Shown here: positions 24,913-39,000 of the stretch, piece after piece
How positions within the stretch are numbered: the stretch's first letter is position 1
Layout of the letters: each line of letters starts with the position of its first letter
Assembly (NCBI GenBank): GCA_049724395.1
Contig: JAUGWO010000067.1
Location: 1-64,000 of the forward strand
Direction of reading: 5' to 3'
DNA: 64,000 nucleotides
From: Spongospora subterranea f. sp. subterranea
Taxonomy: Eukaryota
Program-made: the position numbers and the translations under genes
The notes under the pieces: generated by a model
Seen by the model: only the letters and a program-made list of their open reading frames with translations
What the model was told of the DNA's origin: nothing
Databases searched by the model: none

Positions 24913-26372
24913 TTATAGAAACGGAGAATACTTTGACGACCAGGTACCGAATTTACAAGCGAATAAAAAGTTTTCTCTGCTTTGAACTGCGCTACAAACA
25001 CGTCTTCCACACTGAACTGCTTCGGTTCTAGAAAGCAATGGAGACAGTATCGCCATCAATTGAATCGCAGCTGACCGGATTCCAAGTAGAGTATGCGAAG
25101 TACGAACTTCAAGAAAAATCTTTGGTGCGCATGGCATGCCTTTCATTGTACAAAAGACATGGCGATGCAAACGACACCAGTCTAAGGGGTCCTTAGAATT
25201 GTCCCGAAACGGTGGTCGGATACTTGTCGCCACCATCTGGCTACACTTCCTGCTGATAGCAATAACGTGCCGAACATTGGCATCTGAAATTCCCAGAAAC
25301 CCCCAAAGAAGGAGCAACAGGGGCACACTGTATCGCCGTTAGTAATCCAGCGGCGATCATCGACTGAGTAAACTGCTCTTTGTACCGCTGTAAATTCAGA
25401 ATATCATTAGGATCTGCCGTGATCTGAATTAGAAAAATTCCATCAGCGATGGCCGCAAGGTGCGCGTACACGAACGCATTACGATTAAACTCGGGAAGAC
25501 AAACCGGTGAGAACATATCAGACATGGACAGAACCGACATATGGTTAGCGAAGGTAATCAACAGTTGACAGTCCGAAAGTGTTAATGCATGTCCAGCACG
25601 ATGAGCTATTTGAACTAGGAATCTTCCTCTCAATAACAATAAAAATAGCACGTGAGACGACTGAACTCGATGGCGAATCATCAAATTAGATATTTTCTGA
25701 CGGATTTTGCTTGCCAAAACGAGAGACGGAATAGCCTCGAACTCAAACGAAAGATCTGTTGTCGTTCTACATATCTGGTTACGAATCATTGTGTCCACAC
25801 CTCCCATCAGGTTACGAAGATCATATTGCGGATGTGACTCTAGCATTTTGTGGACAGACCCAGACAAAAGTAGCAACATTTGATTGTGTACGTTGTTAGC
25901 TAGTACTTTGAGGGTGGATGCTTCAAAACGTTGGCTAACGACAACAACATATAAAGGACCATATTCGCCGAACACCATTGTTGTTTTCGGTGCAGACGGC
26001 GACGAGTAGGAAGACACCGATAGTAATTGATCGTCAAGAGCATGGATATTCTCGACAATGGCAGTAATTAATGCCATAAGCGACTCGTGACCATCGTTCA
26101 AATCAAACAGCGAAAATACGGGTCGAGCTGACCATGTGACAACAAATACGTGTTGGTCCTAAATCAAACAATTGTGAGTGGGTATTTGAAAAAATGAAGC
26201 ATATACGTCAGAGCATAATGACTACCTGTATATAAAACTGCTCCCTTTCCATGACGGTGTTCGCACCACTATCAGCACCGCTAAAGTCGGAATCTTGCCT
26301 AACCGCCGATACCGGCTGTGATTGGTTCTCTAGCGAATAAGGTAAACCGTCATCTTCCGGTTCAGGATCCAT
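24913..26372 (-). CDS. MON1: Vacuolar fusion protein MON1/SAND; apparent 1-nt frameshift near 25295
   Basis: HVFVVTWSARPVFS, MALITAIV, GPLYVVVVS, YDLRNLMGG, LLITF, FSPVCLPEFNRNAFVYAH, QLMAILSPL, ENFLF. Confidence 0.88.
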
Positions 26373-26799
26373 AAGCCGTAAAAAACCTGGCCGACTACAG
26401 TAGGCAAACGATGTGTTCTGGGGTGCGGAACGGGTTGGACCCTGGTCACGGACTGATGGGCAAGACGCACTCCTCAAACCTCACCAATGCAACTCGATTC
26501 CAATAATGATCATGGCTACTGTTTACGAAATGATCCCTTGGAACCTGAGGGTGCGGCATTGCTATGGAAACGGAAATAGGCGGTTACGTTTCTTAAATGC
26601 ATGATCAGGTGCCAACTGTACTGATTCGACAGAGACAAGATTTTTCGTTTCAACTGTTTCAACGTCTACTTGGTAAGTGCAACGTACTACTCCACTACTT
26701 AGTGGTAAGTGCTAAATTACAGTATGTAAAATAGGGAGCCATGGATGATAATATAATCAACATTGCGTCTTAAATCATAGTTTTACTGATTTGTACGTG

Positions 26800-27928
26800 T
26801 CATTTGAACAAAGGAATACAGGTCGGGTCCTTGCAGTGAGAACATGTTCCACCTAGATATTTTGGTATGCTGCTTTCGGGCATAATTTCCAGCAGGCGTG
26901 GTTTCCATTTAGAGCCAAGCACTTCAATTTTTTCTTGCGCTGCCTTGTCAATGCACAGGACCAGAACTTTCCACAGACTTGAGAATATTCGAGGCGCATT
27001 AATGACTATCAGCCTGTATAATGAACCAACTAGAAGTATTCAACAGTTATAGATACCACGACAATTACACACTCGTATTACCATAAACTTTTTGCATCAC
27101 TCCAACAGCAGCTTGAAACATTGAAATAACTTGAGAGTTTGCTGCGTCAAGAACACCGATCCCTTCAAGGTCAAATACAAATACGAAAGAATCGATGTGT
27201 TGCTTGAGAGTTGCTGATGTACGCCGGGCCAGCATCTGTCCGATTTCTTGAATACGGGCATACCTTAGTGCAACATCTTCTGGGTGGACGTTCTTGAAAA
27301 ACTCTTTGCGGTTCGCTTGACCAACTCTATCGAAAAATACCGGATGATGTTTGTGATCAAGACCGTGCCATTGTTGTGTGTGGAAAAATTTGAACTTCTC
27401 TTCACCAACGCTCAGAGGTCCTTTCCATACAATTTCCTCAATTTGCTGGCTATTTCTCCACTGTATAGCATATTCTAGCGCTTTTGCGGTCTGGTCAATG
27501 TTCATGTTGTAGCCTAGTAGAAAACGAAGAAGAATGTCGTCTGACGGAACCTTCGAGGTGCTGGTAAACGCGCTGATTTCCTCGCGGTTTTTCAACGAAT
27601 GTATTGCCTGAACCTGTTCCTCTGTAACTTTCCAGTATCGCAGCGATGAATCGACATTACTATTGACGAATTCCGGGTCTTGATTAATACAACTTGGATC
27701 GACCCACTTTTTTAGTGACATACATTCATCAGGGAGAAGCCCTGTTTGTTCAGCATATGACGACGCGGGTTCAGCACTTTTGGAGCCGAGCTGCTCATCG
27801 GTGAGTTTCTCATCGAAACTCATGACCGATGTACAAATGGCGGCTCGTGCCCCTCCACTATCCCCCACCAAACGGTCCATGGCCGATATCCCAAGCCCTA
27901 TATCCGATTTGCTCCCATTTATCACCAT
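26800..27928 (-). CDS. CRAL-TRIO / SEC14-like lipid-binding protein (start uncertain: 27928 or 27823)
   Basis: DDILLRFLLGYNMNIDQTAKAL..AIQWR, HGLDHKHHPVFFDRVG, VFDLEG, VINAPRIFSSLWK, IPKYLGG. Confidence 0.9.
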
Positions 27929-29353
27929 TGCATTGTTATCAAGTATCTTTGGCGAGGCACGTAACGGGTGACACGTCAGCTGGGGCCTCAAAGGCTGGAA
28001 TGTATCCCACCCCGCGCACTGACAACGGCGCACGTATATATATATATGACGAATAGCTTCTGTTTTCTCTGCTCGTGCAGCACGACCTAGAAGTTGACAT
28101 ATACATGGCGCTGCCGTTCGACTTTCTTCCGATTTTTTATGGAACTCAAGGGAAATCGTTACAATATATCGAGAAACCCTATGAAAACCGGTTCCATCAA
28201 TACAGGATCGAAGCGATATCGTCAGGTCTCTGGAGCTTTGAACGTGATATCTCGCATGCACCAGCCCCCGGAAAATGTTTGACAGGTTGTTGTATTGGAC
28301 CAGGGTTTTTGACACAATACATTTTACAAAGGCTCATGACAAGGCGAAAAGCAATGTGAAATGCTTTTTGAAAAGATTTGTGTGTTTTTGGCCGCAATGT
28401 CGCAATATGTGTTTATCTCGTCTTTGCGTATGCCAAATCAGCATTGCCAATAAACAAATTGTGGGATGACCGGGGTAGAGTACATGGTAGGTTTGCGGCA
28501 CATCGTCGCTGGCATTATTGAGAAGGGCAAAATGAAGAAAATGTGGGATAGTACTGAGAAAGCTACCGGTCGATCACCGCAGAGGCATGGCCCAGCAGCA
28601 AGGCTTGTCAGAACTTAGAAGGGAACCAGGTAAAATCTCGGCCTAGAAGGGGGCTGCAAGGCGTTGATGTAAAGGGTGCTAGCGATGCTGGAAGAACACG
28701 AACACGACCCCCATCTGCGGCCGGCGATATTTTGGGGTGTGAGAAAACTTGCCGACGTCGGTATATACAAAAAATAGAACGTTTATTGTGATCACCGACC
28801 GATGTATAAATATATTTAAGCTTTCAAAGTCTTTTCAAAAGCTTAGTCTTTCAAACCTTGACTGGTGTATTAAAAGACCCAGAGCACTATTCGAGAGCCG
28901 TCGTTAAGAAAATCTTGTATTTCGTTCCAATGTGAATACCTGAGATAATTCATGAACCCCAACCCTCATCTTACACTTCTCGGCCATCTGCATTCAGAAC
29001 TCATTTTTGTCTACTCTACTGTTCTGTCTTCAATCTTCATCAGAACAGTGTTTCCGCAGCCACCAACTGTCTGATCACGGTGCTATGATCGTGTCGCTGG
29101 GTGATGTGATCTAGTGATGTATCTGGAAACATGAAACCCGTCGCAAAAAACATTTTAGTTCCAAGTTCGAGTCTATTGTTACGGTCTTGGCGACATCCCG
29201 TCCTTTGCTGAGGTGGTCGCGTCCACGACGGTAGGTTTTATTTTGGTAACGCTAAAGCTTAAAGTTCAGTAAGTGTACAACGCGCTGCTGTGATTTTGGC
29301 CATTTCAAGTTTAAGTGTCAAATAACATTGTACAGCTGTAGCCCAGATCTCGA

Positions 29354-29709
29354 ATGTCGTCTCTGTTAGATAAGATCCTTAGCAACATCAAAAACCTCAA
29401 AGTACTTCCGTTTCCGATCTTGAATTGATTTTTTCCTGATAGCAGGTTCATAAACAGGTACCCGTAGTTAGTAACCGTTTGGGCGCTGTCGTATTAGGGA
29501 TATGTAACTTTTTCCTTTTCGGCGTCGGCACCATGGTTGCAGCCATATTGACCAGATCATTAGCCGACTTCATCATCGGCGCCCTTCAGACGTTCTTACC
29601 TATTATTGGGTATTCCGAAATTATTTCTGTTCATGTGTCCGCAATGATATTCCATTTCAGATGGATCTGGAGCGTCGTTTGGGGGATCCTCATGATCTTC
29701 GAGAAATGA
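29354..29709 (+). CDS. Small Spec3/Stum-like membrane protein (3 exons)
   Basis: Spliced product MSSLLDK...ICNFFLFGVGTMVAA...IGALQTFLPIIGWIWSVVWGILM. Confidence 0.75.
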
Positions 29710-30063
29710 ACGATTGAGATTAAAAAAATCCAAGAGTGCAGCACACTTTTATAAACGATGCGACATTTTCTATTCTGTCTCACATCAGAGATTACAGGAT
29801 TGTTGATAATTCCAAGTAAAACGCTGACTATGGCGGAATCGTATCGTTTTTTTTTAATAAGCACATTTACATTGAACAACAACTTTCAGAATGAGATTTT
29901 CCACTGCAGATGTATACGTCACAACCTTCATACATTCGATTGAAGTCATGAACAGGTCGTCTCTATCTAGCAATTTGACTTGACGTGAGATCGGTACGAT
30001 TATATTGTCAGAAGTCGATATCGTACCTGTACCCCTTAATTTGGCACCGGTTATCGGTTGGTG

Positions 30064-33000
30064 ATGTCAAATCGGGATGACGGCGATCCGGCTGTGAATG
30101 AAACTCTACCAGCTCTGGAGGAAAATGACTCTGATTCGTTTGTAGATGAGCAGGTGCAACTTTTGGACGTCAATGATGCCAAGTGGTCACTGATTCATCA
30201 TCCAGGTAGCTTATGATTCCAAACCGGCGTTACCGTTGAAGAATAGCAACGAGCAGCAGCTCAGTGACGAAGATGAAAAAGCACAGAATAGACGTAAACC
30301 TATGAGAGTCGTTGATGTAAACGCAGGTATACTGAGATTAGTCGTTTGGCTACTTCCTTTAATACTGAGTGCCGATCACACATTGAATGTAAACCTGTAG
30401 ACGAGAATAATGGAAAGGTCTCATCTGCTGCCTCAACTCCAGTGGAAGAAATGGTTGCGTTTGCCGGCAAAGATCGAGACACTAACGAACGGCGTCAAGC
30501 CGCATTCAGTTTCGCTCATTTCTCGACCGAAGAAGAAACGCAGTTCGCCATCGTCAAAATGAAACGGAACTACGGTTCGCTCCGGACCCAGCACCGTAAA
30601 CTAGTGCAGCTGATGTTTTGGTTACGACAGGGATACATGCAGTGTTAGGGCTGCTGAACTCTGGGGATCACATCTGTCAGCGGTATGCGGCTCTGTGCTT
30701 CGGAAACGTGGCAGCTCATCCCGAGCTGCGCAAAGACCTGGTCGCCAATGGGATATTGGAGCACATGATCCCAATCGCGATCAACGGCGACATCGACCTT
30801 GACACGCAACGGTAGGGGTCCGCTGCTGGCTAAGTCGGAATCCATCATGTATTGGGAACAGGTATGCGATCATGGCTGTGGCCAACCTTGCTGCTGACGT
30901 GGATACCCATAAATTACTGATGAAAAACATGCCAGCGATTTTGGATTTGGTCGATTCCCCAGACCGGGACCTGCATGAATGTGCGGTTCTAACCGTCCAG
31001 AATGTAAGCACACACACACACACACACGTGATGGAGCTCATGAATAGGTTATCTTACTTTGTGTTTTTTGCAAGGTTTCCTCAAACAAGAAGTTGACAAA
31101 GAAGCTGAAAGTGATCATTGGCCCGTTGGTGAACATGATCGCTAATCCGTTGATGGATGTCGAATCGATTACACATGCGGTTTCTGCATTGCGCGGATTA
31201 ACTTCTGATGATAATTTGAAGCTAGAGCTTTTGAGACTGAATGCATTAAAGGTTTGCCGATTACCAGCTCTCTGTCTCCACATAACGCAATCCACTGTTA
31301 GGAATTGGTAAATTTGGTAGATACTATCGATAAAAATGAGCTCCTGATCGAGATCGCTGCCACGATTGCTGGATTGGCAAACCTGATCGAAGCACACGTT
31401 GAACTGCTTCAGCCATCGGCAATCAATGCCATAATGGTATTGGCGTTAATGGACCTTAACCCTCAGGTACGAGCCATTACCATCGCTGCGACGTTGGAGT
31501 TTCCCGAATAAAATGAATCAATTTTAGGTTCAAGTTCACGCTGCGAACACGTTGGCCTCTTTGGCGTCCAATCCGGATTCTCATCCCAACATAGTCTATG
31601 CGAATGGTTGGCAGTGTAGCAACTTCTTGCCTGACTTAATTGTTGCATTGATTAGGTATTGATAATTTGGTACATCTAGCAATGTCTCGTGATGCCAATG
31701 TACGCCAAGGAGCTACACGAGCCTTGGCGAACCTATCATCGAATAGAGCGTATCAGGGAGATTTGATTCACGCCGGTCAGAACGCTAGATGAATTTTTGG
31801 CCTAAACCTGATTGTGACCCTATATTAGGCTGTCTTGACGTCATCACAGCTGCATTAAAAGATAATGACGAAGCATCGTTATTCTTTAGTTGCATAATGT
31901 GTGCAATCATATCCGAAAATAACGACTATCACAAGTTCATATGCGTTAAGGCTATTCTTCAGCCATTATCCCTTCTCGTAGATCTTGCGTCACGGTTCGT
32001 ATCTCATCTGTTTGCCGACTTCCTGCGTTAGGTGACATCCCTTGAACAAGACAACGAGCTCACACGATATGCACTATTGTCACTATCCAATTTAGCTGCT
32101 AATATCAATTCTCATGGGTTAATCATGGACGAGCTGCAAATGCAGCTAACCGTGTTCTTCGAATTAGCCAGCTCGAAAGACTCTGAAGTGCAACGATATT
32201 TTGCCATGTTGCTATCAAACCTGGCAACAAATGAGACATTGCACGAGTTTCTCAGCTCCAGAGCATGCTTTCAGGTATTGGACATATAACATTAGTTGCA
32301 GTCTCAAGTCCTAAAACTTGCAATTAGGCTGTGGAAAACATTTTGAACACTGATTCAATGAGTACTGCAAAATCGGCATTATCGTTCATTGTGACAATGT
32401 TGCGAGATAATGCCACCCGACAATGCTTCGCTGGCGTGTCTGTGAAAAGGATACTAGATATTGCACAAAAATGGTCGGATCAGCCTTATCAACTCTCGGT
32501 AATTGAAGTCCTGAGTAATATAACAAAGGCTCCAAAAGTATCACCCAGCAGTTTGACCAAATACTCCAATTGATTGTATAATGTTATAGGTTCGGACAGC
32601 ACATAAATGGTACAGGAACTTGGGGTTAATCGAGCACTTTTTAGGGCAGGTAGATGTCGTTATATGAGAAAAAACCCCTATGAATTCGTCCTTAGGAGTC
32701 AATCGACGTACAGCAGGAAGCACTGCGATTTTTCCTAAATATATGTGATATGGAAGAGGTGCAACGAACGATGATTGGTATGAAATTGCTTGAATACACA
32801 ACGAAAGCTGTCCGGAAAGGTATTCTGCAACATCATTACTTACCAGTACCATTGGTTGATGTCAGTTCAGGAACAATGGCTCAACAGTCTCTTGGAATCC
32901 ATATCCTCTGCCGGTTATGTGCTGGAATACCAGAAATATTAGAAGAGTTAAAACGCAATCGGATCATTCAGGTTATCGCTCCTTTTGTCCGCTCTCCTCA

Positions 33001-36000
33001 CACAGCATTCAGGAAGTACGCCTTCAACGGTTTAGGTATATAGCAGTTAGGGTTGTACCATTACTGCATCATGATCCGGTTCAATGAGTATTCTCTTCCA
33101 GGGTCATTTGCTAGCCATGAGCATACGCCTGTTGATCTAATGGACGTGAACGTGGTGAAATCGTTCCTGTCATTATGCGAAAGTTCCCAAGGCGATATCG
33201 GTTGGGTCCATTTTGATGGGCGCTCAGGGTTTTAACTGTTTTGAGTTCAGAGGAACGGAGATGCTGTATGTACGTCTTGGCTAACATCAGCTTTCACCTA
33301 ATAAACCAAGAACATCTGAGCGACGCTGGTCCGTTTATATTCCGAAGTCTTCCGGCTTTTGTTGAATTGGGAGATATCGAGATACTACAGGTAGCATATG
33401 ATAAATCACCGCATTGATTTTTGTTAAAACCTCATAGTATACGTCATTGTTTATGATTAACGTTGTTTCGACCATGTATAATCATTCGATGTTCGCTGTA
33501 CAATCTGTTATGGAAGCCTTCATTGCTGTGGCCAGGTTCGTCGACAACATTCCTAATTGTCAGTGCTTCGTTAAATGAATTCTTCAGGTGTTCAGATCCG
33601 TTAACAAAGGTGCAAGCATTGAGGTTGTTTGTTCTTTAAGCCATGTCAATTCGTCCTCTAAATAATATTCACATCAAACAGCGCACTATGCACTCTGGCC
33701 TTACACGAGAAGAATATTCGGTTTATGCAACTGGCAGGAATAACACCATTCCTACTTCAGGAGGGAGGCGAATGGAGTAAGCGGGACGTTGCTGTGGTAC
33801 GACAAGTGTAAATATCGGCATTACTTTCTGATCTCCAACCTAATGGTTTCGTGGATAGAGCCTTATTGATTACACAATTAACTACGTACGATATATGTGT
33901 GAAAGACATTGGGGAAGAGAGGGGAGTACCTATATTGGTGAACATGTTAGATCACGCAGACGTTCAGGTAAAACGAACCTTCTTCTTCCCGGCCTCAGGT
34001 CCAACATGTTTTACTAGGTTCGACGGCTAGTCACCAGAACATTCGCCAACTTTTCGTATTTTCCTCAATTCCGACAGTTTATCGTTCAGGATGGTGTATT
34101 TCCTCTTCTAAAATGCCTGAACGATGTAGACCGGGAAATACGTCATGCTGGTAATCGTTCACTCAACTAACCGGACACGTGAAGTGATCTCAAGTTCATT
34201 CTGTGTAAAGCATCCTGGGCTATAGGGCACATTTTGTCTTTAAAAGAAGTTCAATTGAAGATTGCTCGAGCCAGTGAGGACGACATATACGCTCAGTTAG
34301 TCGAATCAGCAGACGTTGATGTTCAAATGGCTTGTGTATGGGCTTTATCGAACTTTCATCACGAGGTTCTGCAATTTCGCGATGTCAACTCAAAGTCTGA
34401 TTGAGAAAGTCATGTATAGGCCAGTCCACTCGGACCGAATAATAGAGACATTCATTGTCTGGATAATCCGTCGGATGATCTTTTGCTGAAGCTTGCAAAG
34501 ACGGCCTTATCCAAACGAGTCGATTCTCGTATATCTAAATATGCCATTATTGCAATATGTAATTACACATCGGTACCAAACTGAAGGTCTAGACCATCTA
34601 TATTGTGTGTCAACAGTGTCCATAGGTCCCAAGATATCATTTCTATATTCTAAGGAATTGTGGTGAAGTCGTTAAAAGGGTCTTCGAATTAGCAATGAGA
34701 AACGACCCAGAGATTCGATACTGTCTTGCATTGATGTTGGCGAATTTGGCGGGGAACATAGACAACCACGAATTCATAGCAACTCATGTTGAGATGGGGC
34801 GACTGTCAATATTAGTTGGGTAATAGTCGCATTTTCGCAATAGATTGCAACACAGTTTTGCTCGATAGGAATCAAATATATGACGTTATCGTTCTAGATG
34901 TGATGATGAGGAGACGCAAGGTCATGCAATTGCAACTGTATCAGGATTAGCAATAACTGAGCGTAACGCCAAACGTATTGTGGAAAGTGGCCTGTTAATT
35001 CCCCAGATGTCTCGGGAATGCAGCTCGCCGCATGCATCAGTACAGGTATTTTGCGATAATGAATACCGGCATAATTCTCATATCTGTTTCAGAGATCTGT
35101 TGCGGCAGCGTTCCTGAACCTATCCCAACATGGCAGTATACTGGAGACGTTAATCGAACAAGATCTCATATCTGGGCTCTTATCGTTGCTGAACAGCTCA
35201 CAAGGTAGTCGGCGTTGAAACCAAACCACGATCGCCTCAACGCTAAGCTTGGTTTATCAATTTCAGAAATTACTCAGTTACCTGCCGCAAGGACGATGAA
35301 TGTGGCAATAAGTTCCCAGATAGGGGTCAATTCGCTGCTTGGTCAGGACCTGACCAAAATATCGAAAACGTTATGGAGTGCCGTCGCCAATGGGTCTGCT
35401 AAAGTAACGTTCCCGAATGGCTTGAATTAGAGGTGTATTCTTAATTATGATGTCCGCGTTTGTAAAGGTGTCAGCGCAAATCATAAGAGTATTGGCATTG
35501 CTATCTACTATGGAAGGAGCGGAGTCGATTCTCATCAATGAGCAAGGCATAAATGGTCTGCTGTCGTGCGCTAAACTACGTGCTGAAGGCGCTAGGTATA
35601 AAAGACATTATACCGCTTTATCGTGACTAACAAAATACACAACAGCGATGAAAGTAACTGTGAATTTCATAGCGCGATCATGATCCGTAAGCTTTGTTCA
35701 ATGAAGGAGGTGATACCGATGATGGTGAGGTTAGGAGTGGTATCTGGTAACTTGTCATGTCCCGCAAATGTTCGCACGTTCGTCCAACTGATGGTTTCCC
35801 ATTGCCAGCTTTATTAGCGTTAGGCGAGTCGAAAACGGGCAGCGTCGGAGTACACGAATTAGCCATGACCTCATTAGAAGACGTACTGGACCATCGTGAT
35901 GGCAGGTCTGCCGCGTTAGCCAACAGTCAACTCATTGATACCCTCATGAAACTATTGGTATCCGATAAAGTAAGATCTGCACATAGCTGATACTATGTTT

Positions 36001-39000
36001 CGACGTTGGCTGAACAAATTTTGAGAAGTTTGAATCGACATTTGTTTGCGGTGTCACATCGTCATAGCTGTAGTTTTCTATCCTAACGAAGTTCATTCCC
36101 CGAGCTTAGGCCGCAGTGCAAAGACATGCTCTTGGATGTGTCGTTCGACTTTCATTTGACGAGGATTGGAGTAAACGATTCCGTTTTAGGGGAGGTTTAA
36201 AATTAGTTTACAAAAGCGCTAGACATAAAGCGTATCCAATCCGAGCTTTTAGTGCCTGGACTATATCAATATTATCAACGTATAAGTAAGACTTCGTCAA
36301 TTCGCTGTACGCTGTAGTAAATAAATGATATTGGCAGAGAGTTTTTCGAGGAGTTAATTGCGGAGAGGTCGTTGAAGACGCTCCTGTTGGTGAATATCGG
36401 TGTTCCTTGAAAAATTGAAGGGATAAACAATCAATGATTTAGGTATTTGGCGGATCACGATCCAGACGATGCTCGCATAGCGTTGCATGTGGCAGTTGTC
36501 TTGGGGAATCTCTCGCAATACTCTGTATGCTGATGCCATATCTTGACCATATACGTACAGCTCTAAACCTGATTACGCTAGGCAATTATAGGATCTTTTG
36601 GAGAAGCTCAAGGGTTTGTAGATCCCCAAGCGCTTCAACCGTTCAATCCCGAGACGTCAGGAACCATACCTCTTTTTGTTCGCTTCCTATCATCGTCGAA
36701 CCCGTTAATCGCATCGTTGGCATTTATGGGTATGGTATTGGCCCGAGCCATTTCGCAATCTGATATCACGAAGGCATGTCGGCTAAATCTAAATCGGGCC
36801 CTTCCATGATATACGTTTTACGTGATGATGCCATGGACTTATTGGCCAAGCTAGGCGACTCGAAAGATGAGACGGTTTTACGCATGCTGGCTATGGCTCT
36901 GAACGTAAGTCGGCTTTGCGATTGGTCGTGACGAAAGGCAATTCAAGAAGAACACTTAGGTGATTTCATCAAATCCAGCTAACTATCCATATCTCAAGGG
37001 TAGGAATATGAACGGATTTGATGCTTTGTTCGAATTCGCAAGCTTCAATAATGTTGCCATTCGCTGGGCCTCATTAAAATCTGTTAATAACATGATCACC
37101 GAGAAATCGTTCAACGTCGCAGGGTAATAATATATCTACAATCTGGTGAAAATGTTTGCCTGATTGCTTCCTAACCAGATTCTTATTGCGCCCAGAATAT
37201 GTGATAACGTTAGTGGAGGTAGCTACCGCCAATGTCGATACCGATTTTGGGTTCAAAGCTCGATTCATGGCATTAGGAATATTCGCACAGCTAGCGTTCT
37301 ATCAGGTAAGAATATGGGCGTAGTCATTCAATGTCTGTTTATTAAGCTACAGAGCTATCACGATGCGTTATTACGACCAGATATACTAAGAATCACATTA
37401 GACACGCTTTTAGCGGCCCAGGTCAGCAAATCAATGCATCTAAACCTAAGACCAACGATTAAAGCGCCAATCTAGAGAAGCGTATCAAAAACCAAAAGCG
37501 ACAGGCTAAATCAGAATCAGTTAAAAAAGCTGCGAACTCATGTAATTAACAACCGGTGTTTGCCCTAACCAAACTTAATCATGGTTTAATAGGATGCAAA
37601 TCAGGGCAAGACACCAGGACTCCAAGACGATTCCGAAGACCAAGACACAGGTCTGGGCGAAAACGCTGCGTTAGACGGCGCTGTAGGCGACAGGTCTAGT
37701 CAATGAAATCTCGGTCGCTACCGGCTTGCTAACGGGCTCTACGTACCAGAGGCGAATTGGACGTGTCCAGCCAGATGCAATCTGACGACCCAATCCTGAA
37801 TGCACTGTTACTTCACGATCGCGATGCGATCGTTGAGGCTAACGCTGTCTCGACGTTGACGAATCTAGCTCTGAACCCGTCCTGCTATCCAGGTTGGACA
37901 GACATCAGCAACTACATTGTATCAACCTGACTCCGATACTACCAGGCCTATTATCACAGAATGCCGTCGAGACGCTCACCGATTTCATCAACTGCTCGCT
38001 TTCTAATGCTATAAATCAGGTGTGTGTCGTCAGCGGTGTCCGTAATTCAAAGTCTTCTTACCGAATGTTTTCGTCGTCAATATAGTGTATCGCCGCTGAA
38101 TCGTTGAGCAATTTAGTTTTTGCGTTGACCCCAGCTATGATCAAACAGTCTCTGTATTTTAGCATGACAAATGTCGCTGATGTGATGGCATCCATCTTAA
38201 AATATGGGCAAGGCGAAGAGGTTTTCAAGCGTACAGTGAATCCGTTACCTCGTTTTTACTCCCTCGATGTCAGGCGACCATGACCGAGAGATTCATGTCT
38301 TTGGCATTATGTCGATTAACATGTCATCCAGACTTCAAAGTATATGGCTATGATCGTCCATTCTTCGAAACGCGATGTCTACCAGCAATGCTTAGATCTC
38401 CTGATCCATTGACCCAGAAGTTCTCCTTCATATCACTTGTTAATATCGTAATGAAGGCTGAGAATATTGGTACGTGAAATTGCTTGGATGGTGATTGTCT
38501 CTAATCGAACATTTTTGGTCACATATAAGTTGAGTTAATGGAGAAAGAAAACCTCGTGTCACTTTTACTGGCCTATATCCATTCCAAGGATCGCTCAACG
38601 AAATGGCTTTGCCTTCTGTCGCTGATGCGCATATTACGGACTGGCCAGGTTCCACATTACGACAAAATTTGTAGCTATTGTAATTCATCGGCATAAACAG
38701 GGCACCCGATATTTGGTTAAAGATGAATATATTACGACCTTAATCGATTTATGCTTCTCCGATGACAAGCCAATATTCATATGCGTTGGAGATATCATAC
38801 ACTCTTTTGTGAAATTTGAAGGGTATGTCGGCCGCCAATTCAGTCTACGCCCCTAGTCATTGAACACGTCTTACAGATCAGTCGCTCTGCGTGGAAAATC
38901 CGAAAATTTGATTCCAGCGTTAGCACATTTATCTACTTGCTCTGACGAGAGAACAGGTTAAACCTCTGTTTGATCTGAGGCAAGTTTACTGATTAGTATA

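Noticed and set aside
27929..28315. N-terminal ~130 aa of the 416-aa ORF as part of the SEC14 protein
   Set aside because: Non-ATG start, includes a TATA-like tatatata run, and shows no family similarity; probably upstream non-coding sequence.
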